Of a stretch of 64,000 bases of DNA, positions 53,095 to 64,000 are shown in pieces; the stretch's first letter is position 1; each line of letters starts with the position of its first letter. Below the pieces are notes generated by a model. It was given only the letters and a program-made list of their open reading frames with translations, was not told the origin of the DNA and did no database searches. Position numbers and translations under genes: made by a program. The DNA is from Octopus vulgaris (lineage: Eukaryota): NCBI GenBank assembly GCA_951406725.2, contig OX597814.1:170066001-170130000 (forward strand), in the 5' to 3' direction.

Positions 53095-53259
53095 GGCATA
53101 GGAGTGGCTGTGTGGTAAGTAGTTTGCTTACCAGCCAGATGGTTCCGGGTTCAATCCCACTATTTGGCACCTTGGGCAAGTGTCTTCTACTATAGCCTTG
53201 GGCCAACCAAAGCCTTGTGAGTGGATTTGGTAGACAGAAACTGAAAGAAGCCCATTGTA

Positions 53260-53328
<69 letters not shown>

Positions 53329-53530
53329 GTATGTGTTTGTGTGTCTGTGTTTGTACCCCCAACATCGCTTGACAACCAATGCTGGTGTGTTTACGTCCCC
53401 ATAACTTAGTGGTTCGGCAAAAGAGACCGATAGAATAAGTACTAGGCTTACAAAGAATAAGTCGATTTGCTCGACTAAAGGTGGTGCTCCAGCATGGCCA
53501 CAGTCAAATGACTGAAACAAGTAAAAGAGT
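53095..53530 (+). mobile_element. tRNA-derived SINE (4013 family)
   Basis: Family head, internal microsatellite, tail. Confidence 0.85.
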
Positions 53531-53942
53531 ATATTTACAGTATACTCTGTAAATATTCAAAGATTTGCTTCCCTTGGTAACAAATCTAACACTATCATTT
53601 TCTGTCAGCAAAACTTCACCTTAAAAACTCTTCACACAGATCTATCAGGAAGCTTCTATAAGGCCAGTTGACCTACTTGAAATAACACCAAAATCATCCA
53701 CAAATCAGTGTTCTTCCCCTGCAACCACTTAGATAATGTAAGTGATCATTTGTATAGGTGCAGGCATGGTTGTATAGTAAGAAGCTTACTTCCCAGCCAC
53801 ATGGTTCTGGGTTCAGTCACACTGCGTGGCACCTTCTTGGGCAAGTATCTTCTACTATAGCCTTGGGCCAACCAGAGTGGGTTTGGTAGATGGAAACTGA
53901 AAGAAGCCCATTGTGTCTGTGCATCTGTGTGTGTATATGTAA

Positions 53943-53999
<57 letters not shown>

Positions 54000-54071
54000 A
54001 TATATATGTATATATGTATATATGTGTATATGTATGTATATATATGTATATATGTGTATATGTAAATATAA

Positions 54072-54105
<34 letters not shown>

Positions 54106-55304
54106 ATATGCACATACATATATGTATGTATATGTATGTATATATATGTGTATATGTATATATATGTATGTGTGTGTGTGTGTGTGTGTGTGTCTGTGTC
54201 TGTGTCTGTGTCTTTGTGCCTGTGTTTTGTCCTCCTACCAATGTTTGCCAGCCGGTGTAGGTGTGTTTGCATTCCCATAACTTAGCAGTTCAGCAAAAGA
54301 GAACCAATAGAATTAGTACCAGGCTTTAAAAAAATAAGTGCTGAGGTTGATTCATTCAATTAAAAATTCGAGGCAGTGCCCCAGTATGGCCACAGTTCAA
54401 TGACTGAAACATGTAAAAGGTAAAAGATAAAAAATGAAAGATATAAAAATAAAAGAAAGAAGATGGACTGACATGGCTGGAATACCTTTGATTATAGATT
54501 TGCTATTTCAAAGTTGATATGAAGCTGAAACAAACAATGATAGCATATCACACACGATATTTCATACAATATCCAATACATTTAATCTTTATGCTGTGCG
54601 TGATGTAATGAATGATGCCTTTTGCTTCAACATAACAATCTGTCTGAGTTAAGCTAATACCTTTATTACCATATATGATAATCCATTGTCATGAGGTAAT
54701 CCTCCAGTTGAGATACAAATTTCACTGCTTTGACAACATTCTGTTTTGACAAAACAATTTATTTTGATTGGACAATGTAATTCCTCTAGAGTTGGAATGG
54801 TGTGATTTCTTGTCCTGTGATAATGGCAAGCTCTTTGTAGGAAAACGGTAGAATTTGAATGAAGTACTGATGTTTTGCATCAGCAAAGGCAAATAATTCA
54901 AACAGCAGAATGTGTTTTTATGCCATGAGGAAGAAGAGAAGTCTATAACGTTTTGGACAGAATCTTTTGTTGGGAAGGAAAAAAGGAAATGTCAGATGGT
55001 GTTGAAGGCTATATAAACTAGGTTGAAAGAGAGGGGAAGAAAAGAAGAAGGAGGGGAGAAAAAGAAGGAGCATCGAAGGAAAAGTGCCACTAAAGAGAGA
55101 GAGAGAGAGAGAGAGAGAGAAGTGGCAAGGGCCAGAGAGATGAGAAATTACAAGAGAAAATAAATGCCAGTAGATATGAAAACGTTGAGCCTAGAGTAGA
55201 TAAGACTCTATTGATACATACACACTCACACATGCATAAAGGTATTTACAAATACAGGCTCTCTCTCAATCTCTCACTATATATATCTCTCTCTCAATCT
55301 CTCA

Positions 55305-55352
<48 letters not shown>

Positions 55353-55542
55353 GAGGATGTGAAAGAAGTTTATTCATACACTTACGTGCACAAATATAGA
55401 TGCATCTATGAATACAAAAGAACATACATGCACGTTAATATACTTCATACAAAATATATAATCACACGCATACATAAATATCTCAAGTCATTATTATATA
55501 TGCATATATAAGCATATATGTGTGTGTGTGTGTATGTGTATG

Positions 55543-55576
<34 letters not shown>

Positions 55577-55605
55577 AATGTATATATGTAATATATATAT
55601 ATATA

Positions 55606-56025
55606 TCATCATCATCGTCATCATCATCATCATTTAACGTCCGCTTTCCATGCTGGCATGGGTTGGACGGTTCAACTGGGGTCTGGGAAAGGCAGAAGGC
55701 TGCACCAGGCCCAGTCTGATCTAGCAATGTTTCTACAGCTGGATGCCCTTCCTAACGCCAACCACTCTGTGAGTGTAGTGGGTGCTTTTTACATGCCACT
55801 GGGACAGGTGCCAGATATGGCTGGCAAACGGCTACGATCGGATGGTGCTTTTTACGTGCCACCGGCACGGGGACCAGATGAAGCTGGCAACGGCCACGGT
55901 CGGATGGTGCTTTTTATGTGCCACCGGCACGGAGGCCAGTCGGGCGGCGCTGGCTACGGCAACATTCGGATGGTTCTCTTACGTGCCACCGGCACTGGTA
56001 TCACAGCTACAAATTCCATTGATGT

Positions 56026-56028
<3 letters not shown>
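55606..56028 (-). mobile_element. RTE-type 3' end with (GAT)n tail
   Basis: Matches 2393 and 20472 copies. Confidence 0.85.
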
Positions 56029-56099
<71 letters not shown>

Positions 56100-56373
56100 T
56101 ACATATATATTTATATATATATATATGTATATATATGGTGCCTTCTCAGCTTCATAGCATTTCTTCTATTCAATATTTTTTAGTTCATCATGATATGTGG
56201 TTTGCACCTGAAGAATGTTTGAGCTCTCTCAACATATGAATCTATTAGTAGCGCTTTAATACATGTATTGTGACGTTTAAATAATATATATCTATATCTA
56301 TATGTATGTGTGTATATATATATATATACATATATACACATGTATAAACATACACATATATATATATATATAT

Positions 56374-56419
<46 letters not shown>

Positions 56420-57252
56420 GTATGTATGTATGTATGTATGTACGTATGTATGTATGTATGTATGTATGTATGTATGTATGTATGTATGTTCGTATGAATG
56501 TATATATTTTACTGTTCTGTTAAGGTAAGATCAACAAAAAATGTAGTCCATCCAATGAGAGATAAATATTATTTGATGTATACAGTATAAAGATACAGGC
56601 TACTTGTTGTTTCATACATTGCAGATGTGAGTCTAAGATGGTTTTTATAACATACCTTGTATCTCCAAGCAATCTCGGGCTCTGTGCACATTGCCTATCC
56701 AATTTACATGGCTGCATTCTAATGACTGAAACAAGTAAAAGATAAGAGATATATATGTACACATATATATAGGGAAAATTCACAAAAAACATAAGACGAA
56801 GACAGGTGGTGTAGACAACAAACAGATGTATTAGTTTAACACTTGGGAAGTGTAAAACTCTTTAATGTTTTGAGCCTACGCTCTTCCACAAAAAGAAACA
56901 CAGAAAGAAACAAGGAGAGAAATTTTAAAAAGTGTAATGGCTAGTGACACATACACAGTTACACACAAATATACATACAAGCTACATATACAAGTACACA
57001 CACACACACATGCATATACATGGTCAAAAATCCATGTACAGAGTAACAAACATGTAAGCTTTGTTACAGTCACTCAACGCACATAGAAACAGCAAGCAAA
57101 TCTCACTCACATCAAGTACCAACCTTTTAAACTGGAAGAACACATTTGATTAAACAAACCCTCTCCAATACACAAAATGAACACGTGGGGGCCACAGATA
57201 TACCCAGTCAAAACTGACTAGAAATAAACAACAGCAATAGAAATCAGTATAT

Positions 57253-57545
57253 ATCTATTATATAAAATCCATTCTGTCTGTGTGTGTGTCTTCTCGGATC
57301 TTGGGCATCCTCCATCCAATTGCACTCAAATTTGATATGTAGATACCGACAATATCAGGTCGTGTATAAGTCTTGAAAATATTACAAAAATCAATTACAG
57401 GTGAGAATGTGATCGATAAAGCCATGGGAACATGCATTTGTATGCGTAAGTACATCAGCTGTTGCAATTGATACTATGCGTATGCGAGAAAAATGCACAT
57501 GCAGTTTGTGCAAAAAAAGCTGGCTGGCTTGAAATAATGCCACAG
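57253..57545 (+). mobile_element. Non-autonomous Helitron-like element 5' part
   Basis: Reverse complement of ~18890-19193. Confidence 0.6.
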
Positions 57546-58489
57546 AATGCAGTATATTTAAGTGACCAAAAATGTAAGATGCAAAAGAGATATTTTCCTC
57601 AAACTTGGCATGAAGGAAGGAAAGACTATTTGGTTTCTCAAGAAGTTTTTTTTTTTTTTGCCTTAACTTCCTATCTTTATTTCTTCTTTTGCTGGTGTCT
57701 CAAAGGGGAGGCCTATGGGACGTTCAGACAAGTTGTTTTGAGAAAATTTGGTTTAAATGTTTGACAACTCAGCACCAGCCATTGGATGGAGGTGGGGGGG
57801 CGTTGTGAAGAGGTTTGGGTGGCAAGCTTTCTTATAAACTCTATGATTTTTATATAAACATTTTTTGTAGTCTCTCTTTGTATATATTTCTTCATTCTTT
57901 ATCTGTGATGCTTTATGCTATGATTTCATTAATCTCGTGGTTGATTAAATCCTATCTTCTTAAGTCTGTTATGGATTATTAAATTATTGTAATGTATCTG
58001 AATAATAATTTTTCCTGATGCAAAAGCATATTTCAAATTATTGTCGATCTGTTCTTTTGCAATTCCTAAATGCACTTAGTGTGTTTGTTGGCTTGCAATA
58101 AGTAAGAAAATCGATAACTCTTATGCATCATTCTGTTTCATTGGAACAACGCTCTACTGACAGGGTACCATAAGTTTATGATCTGTATGATTGGCCTAGG
58201 ACAAAAGCAAAGACAGGGTTTCAGTTACTCAAAGCTGAATACAATATTCCATGTGCACAGTACTTACACAGACAGGATTTGTGAATTAATTTAGCAACAG
58301 TTGATGAGAATGCTTGTCAACAACTAGTGGTGGGTTGCTTTGAAGAGGATGATCTAAAAAAGATCAACAGGATTTAGCAAAGAAGTTAGAGCAAAGAGAA
58401 ATGGATTAGTGGGGAAGAAAGGAAAAAATTAGAAGAGGGGATAAAGAAAGGTATCATGGCTGACATGCTAGCAACAAGAATAGATCTCA

Positions 58490-58988
58490 ATTCATGCCCG
58501 TTGCTTGTTGCTCTGGCAATGATCTCACTTGTAGGGTACTCTTAGCACTCCACTAGCAACAGATGCCAGTCACTGAGTTTGAAATCGAAATCGAAATCAA
58601 ACTCGTGACTGGCACCTGTTGCTAGTGGAGCGCTAAGAGTACCATACGAGTGAGATCATTGCCAGAGCAACAAGCTGGCCTTTGTGCCGATGGCACTTTA
58701 AAAACACCATTCGAGCGTAATTGTTACCTGCATCACCTTATTAGCACTTGTGCTGGTAGCACGTGAAAAAAAACATTCGGGCGGAGTCGTTACCAGTGCC
58801 GCAGGACTGGCTCCTGTGCAGGTGGCACATAAAAGCACCCACTACACTCTTGGAGTGATTGGCGTCAGGAAAGGCATCTAGCTGTAGAAACTCTGCCAGA
58901 TCAGATTGGAGTCTGGTGCAGACATCTGGTTTGTCAGACCTCAGTCAAATCGTCCAACCGATGCTAGCATGGAAAGCGGATGTTAAAA

Positions 58989-59030
<42 letters not shown>
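58490..59030 (+). mobile_element. RTE-type 3' end with 5' inverted duplication
   Basis: (GAT)n tail at 58989-59031; hairpin 58503-58676. Confidence 0.8.
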
Positions 59031-59033
<3 letters not shown>

Positions 59034-59600
59034 ACATATAGGTTGTTGAGATGCATGCTCTTAGACACAAAGAAATGGAAACCATTTGATAAGCTCAGGT
59101 GACAAAGGCACAACACAGTAAAAAGTCACAAGTCAGTCTTTGACAGATTGAGAAGTATGCATGGAACTCAATTCCAATCAGATGGGTGCAGCTTTCCAAC
59201 AGCACTTTTCTCAGTTGTTCAGAGAAGGTATCATTGGACTAATATTGGACATGGGTACCTAATTCAGTAGTTTTTTAAGCTTTACAGGTAAATACCAACT
59301 TGTTTGGTCCAGTTTTGGCAAACATCTATTGCAACTTGCAGCAGAAAAAGGAACATCTTTAGTTCTTCGAGTCAAAGATATGTAGCACTGCTGAGGAAAG
59401 ATCCAAGCAAGAGTATGTATTCTTTATAATTCCCATCCCAGCCTATAACATAGTTGAATGATGCAGAGTTTATTATTTTAACCAAAGGGATAACCAAGAA
59501 GTTGGTACTTGCTGTCAGTAACGAGGTTGGCAAACACAGACTTACATGATGCTCAGAAGAAAATCTACAAAGACGTGCTAAAAGTTCCTGGTTTTATGGA

Positions 59601-61462
59601 TAATATGCCTTCCAGTCTCTGAAATCCCCAATTCAGTCACATCTGTAAATACATATTGTTCCTTAGTTAAGACTGGATGACCATCAAACAAAATGTAGAA
59701 ACAGTTAATGGATTAAAGAAAGATTTAAAACAGTTGGATTAACTTGAGTATCAACAACAACAAGGGCTCTGACTTTCATGCAAATTAGGGCATTACTTCC
59801 AATACGTCCTATACTGAATTTGTCTTCTTCTGGCTTCTACAGATTTTCACCATTCAAGGCCCATACAATTTCAATCTAAATCTTCAAATAGATGAAAATT
59901 GGGACAAGATTATATACATGCTAGGTGGTCAGTTTCGACTAGATACATACTGAGAGGAAGCTCTCTTTAACAAGCTGGACAAAGGTGGTAAATGTGCACA
60001 CTGCCTCCATCACATATTACCATGGGACAGTCATGCCTTGCCTTTTTTTTTCCCAACTTGAATGGAGTATCTTCACTTTCACTTTATATGGAAGTCACAC
60101 ATTCCACTGGTCAGGCAATCTACTGGTCATACTGCTAACACCCTCTACAGAGAGGGCTCAGTATGCTGTGGCTTATGATATGTAGATGTGGTGTTAGTGG
60201 TGTTGTTGGGCTGTGGTGGAGCTATGTGGTGTTGGTGGAGGGGATTGCAGATGAGGTATATGGAAGTAAGGACTGCAGGGGCCAGTGGCACAGGCACAGG
60301 GCATGTGTGGGCAGGAAGCACGTGTGGTCAGTTCGAGCAGAGACAGCAGTGAGCAAAGACGTGTTTATTTCATGAGAGTGGTCGCTCATTCTGCCAAGGT
60401 CAACAGGTAAGGCCTTTTGTATTTCTTTCTCCCGTTTGCTTCTTTTTCTGTTGTCCTTTTCCTCCATCACACTACAGTAGACATGCACTAAGGCTGTGGT
60501 TTCTTGAGATATTCCCAGATAGTAAGCAAATGTTATCTCCTTTTGCCAGGCACCTTTTTATACAACTTATCTCTTTCATGAAGCTGCAGTTCTGGATCAA
60601 ACAAACACCAGTCAAATGCCAAACACTCATGTCTGGCATTTGACTCTCAGCTCTCTGCCAGAAAAGAAATATGACCGGTAGAATTTCCATGTTAACTTTC
60701 CATAAAGAACTTATGGTGGCAAACAGTGACATTTTCTGATTACTCTGGATATCAACAAGAATCAACTGGCTGTCTGTTCTGAAGAACTGCAAGCATGGAA
60801 ACTATGGATAAATTCCAGAAATTTCTGGCTTGGAAACTTTACTGTGGAGCAATATTGATTCAAGATGTATAAAATATGAATTATTCTGTTCAAAATACCC
60901 TTTGCATCAATCACTCTTTTTTCTATAACATATGAACTCTAAACGCTTACATTTGTAAATCACATACACATAGAAAATGATAATATGCAACAGCAGCAGT
61001 CTAGGGCCAGGAAAGAAATTGTCTCAGCTGTGTTTTTCTGTTGAATGCTAAGCAGCAACTATTGAAAAACCTATTTTCCATTTGTATAATAACAGTTAAA
61101 AGGATGTGTTAAAGCTCCCAGTCAAGATTCTCTAAAACATTTTTTGGTGTATTTTTATATCACCTCTTTTCTGTTGGTATTTTATAATACTAATATGCCT
61201 TCCAGTCCCTGAAACTCCCAATTCAGACACACCTGTAAATACATATTGTTCCTTAGTTAAGACTGGATAACCATCAAACAAAATGAGGAAACAGCTACTG
61301 AATTAAAGAAAGACTTAAAACAGCTGGATTAACTTGGGTATAAACAAGAACAACAACAACAACAACAAGGGCTCTGACTTTCATGCAAGTTAGGGCATTA
61401 CTTCCAATAGATCAGATACTAAGTTTGTTTTCCTCTGGCTTCTGCAGATTTTCACCATTCAA
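59601..61462. repeat. Direct repeat pair of ~260 bp (59601-59857 and 61191-61462)
   Basis: TAATATGCCTTCCAGTC...CTGTAAATACATATTGTTCCTTAGTTAAGACTGGAT...GATTTTCACCATTCAA in both. Confidence 0.9.
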
Positions 61463-63771
61463 CACCTAATCCATTTCACTACTATGTGGCATTACACACA
61501 AAGGAATTTTACATGGTTGCCATAGCTAAATCTTCCCTAAATCATGCCTTCTTTCTTAAGAAAGAGAGCATATATTGGACATTGTAGTCCTAGATATACA
61601 GAAAGACAAGATGATATGATCATATGATCATAGTTGGATTGCCCTTCGTCAGAGGTCTTCTCTCCTCCACAATTAAACTGCTTTTCTTACACATAACCTT
61701 ACACATATAGAGATATACCCTATACTGCCTGTGATAGAAGACAGAAACTACTACTACATCCTATAACAACTATTATATAAGAAAGAGATAAATGACTAGA
61801 GCAATAATCACTCTGTTTGTTTCCTTTTGTTCCATTTCTGGATGAGATCAAACAACAAACATTAGACAGGCAGTTTACAATGATTTGATGAAGATGGAAG
61901 ACATCTGAAACAGCTTGCTTTATGTGCAAAAATTCCAAAAATGTGTAGCCATTATTAGTTTTAGCAGCAAAAGTAATTTGTGAGCAGATGTGGCTGGACT
62001 GATTTTGTAATGAATTTAGAAATTGAGATTTCGAAAGATTACTTTATAAACTAATTAATTTTTGTTGTGTGGGATAAAAGAATATGAGAAAACTTAAGCA
62101 GACGTATTTTCTAAATAAGAAATTAGTTTAGTCCTTCTTGTGAAAGAAATGAGAGAATGTTTAAGTATTTATTTTAAGATAATCACAACTAGTAACTTGT
62201 TTAAATTTGTCAAAAATATCTAATGAAACGTTTCAAATATTTGTAAAGCCAAATATTTTAGTCAAATGCAGAATGTTTCACTTTGGAATGGTTGTTTCTG
62301 ATGAGCAGCTTTGAAAATTATAACTTGAATATCACTTTAAACATACTCTTCTATATTCATGTATATGACTCTCTCACCAGAAGCCAATATGCTCAGATTA
62401 CTCTACCAAATATATCATCATCATCATCATCATCATCGTTTAACATCCGTTTTCCATGATAGCATGGGTTGGATGGTTCGACCAAGGTCTGGGAAGCCAG
62501 AAGGCTGCACCAGGCTCCAATCTGATCTGGTAGAGATTCTACAGCTGGATGCCCTTCCTAATGCCAACCACTCTGTGAGTGTAGTGGGTGTTTTTTACGT
62601 GCCACCAGCACAGGTGCCAGGCGAGGCTGACAATGGGCATGCTTATTTATTCATATTGTTTTAAATTAATCATGCATAGTCTTGAAACTGTGACAATGTG
62701 ATTACTTACTTCAAGAGTATTATTGTAGAGTAAGTGTGAGAGGCCAGATCTGGCCAGTTTTAACATGAAACTGGTAGAATATTTAAACCAGATATGGCTG
62801 GTTTAAAAGCAAGGATTAAGCTAGTTATGCATTAGAATGTACCATTCAAAAGAGGCATTAAGTAAATGTTGCTAGAGTAACACTTTGGTATTTAAACCGA
62901 CTGTATCTGACTGAAATATTCTACCTGTTTTAGGCTCAAACTGGCCAGACCCTACCTCTCACACCTACCCTACAATGTCATTCTTGAAATAAACAGCCAC
63001 ATCATTGAAATCTTGAAGCTACAAGGTAATATATGACTAATTCCAAACAATGTAAATAATAAGCATTACATTTGACAGAATAATCTGAATGCTAAAGGAT
63101 TAAAATTAAAATTAAAATATAGATTAATATTGCTTTTATTTTGAAACTTATACAATAAGAAATATTTTTTTTTAAATATGTTGATTATTGCTTAATATTA
63201 ACAAAATGTGAATAACACATTGTATAATCATACCGAAGGAGAAAGAATGTCAGCCTTGATCTGAATCAGCTAATCACACGTGAAATGTTTGTTGCCATTT
63301 TATGTCTTTACATTCTGAGTTCAAATTGCATTGAAGTCAACTTTGCCTTTCATCCATTCGAGGTCGATAAAATAAATACCAGTTGAACACCGGGGTCGAT
63401 GTAATCGACTTACTTCCTCCCCAGAATTGCTGGCCTTGTACCAAAATTTGAAACCAATATTTTAGTGCATTCATGTAATGTGGTATTTTGACATATCAAA
63501 GATAAGTAGCTTATGGAGCTAATTTTTCTACAATGGCAACGAAAAATCTATTCCTTTCTCTCTCTTTCCCTCTTTCTCTCTCTCTCCCTCTTATTTTTTC
63601 TCCCACCTCTCTCTTTCTTGGCACCATTTGCTCAATACAGACAAGTTACTCTCTACTTCTGATTTTTTATTCTGGCAGCTATCATGTATCATATCAAGTT
63701 GCTCACATTCCTCCCTCTCTCTCTATTTCTTTTATCTCTCTCTCTCTTTCTCTTTCTCTCTCTCCATAGAT

Positions 63772-63812
<41 letters not shown>

Positions 63813-63817
<5 letters not shown>

Positions 63818-63960
63818 AATTCCTAGCCAAAGATAAACCTCTGTACTTGGCTTACATTGACATGGAGAAAGCATTTGACAGGATCCCCCCATCCCTTATC
63901 TGGTGGTCAATGCAGAAAGTAGGGATAGATGAGTGGTTGGTGATAGCTGTACAAGCCATG
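63813..63960 (+). mobile_element. RTE LINE RT fragment
   Basis: EKFLAKDKPLYLAYIDMEKAFDRIP..LIWWSMQKVGIDEWLV. Confidence 0.85.
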
Positions 63961-64000
63961 ATGAGTATAGGGAAGAATCCCAGGTAGAAGTAGAGGTTCA

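Noticed and set aside
60222-60792. ORFs 60222..60488 and 60472..60792
   Set aside because: No recognisable motif and stops in alternative frames; product cannot be assigned.

Overview
AT-rich, microsatellite-dense eukaryotic DNA, almost entirely transposon-derived. The SINE/LINE families look like those of a cephalopod, probably Octopus (inference). No host protein-coding gene can be supported, and most ORFs in the track are translated microsatellites. The window holds many tRNA-type SINEs, RTE LINE 3' ends, Tc1/mariner relics, a fragmented Helitron, R4/Dong and CR1 pieces, and piggyBac-type MITEs. The most notable pattern is four sequence-unrelated Penelope-like (PLE) units at about 13.3-14.6, 14.8-18.0, 27.4-30.7 and 34.3-36.9 kb. 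Each has a GIY-YIG endonuclease region without RT, long near-perfect terminal inverted arms each carrying an outward-facing type I hammerhead ribozyme, and (TA)n on both sides. Further stand-alone hammerheads and ORF-less foldbacks occur. All alignments and folds were done by eye; coordinates of degenerate elements are approximate.
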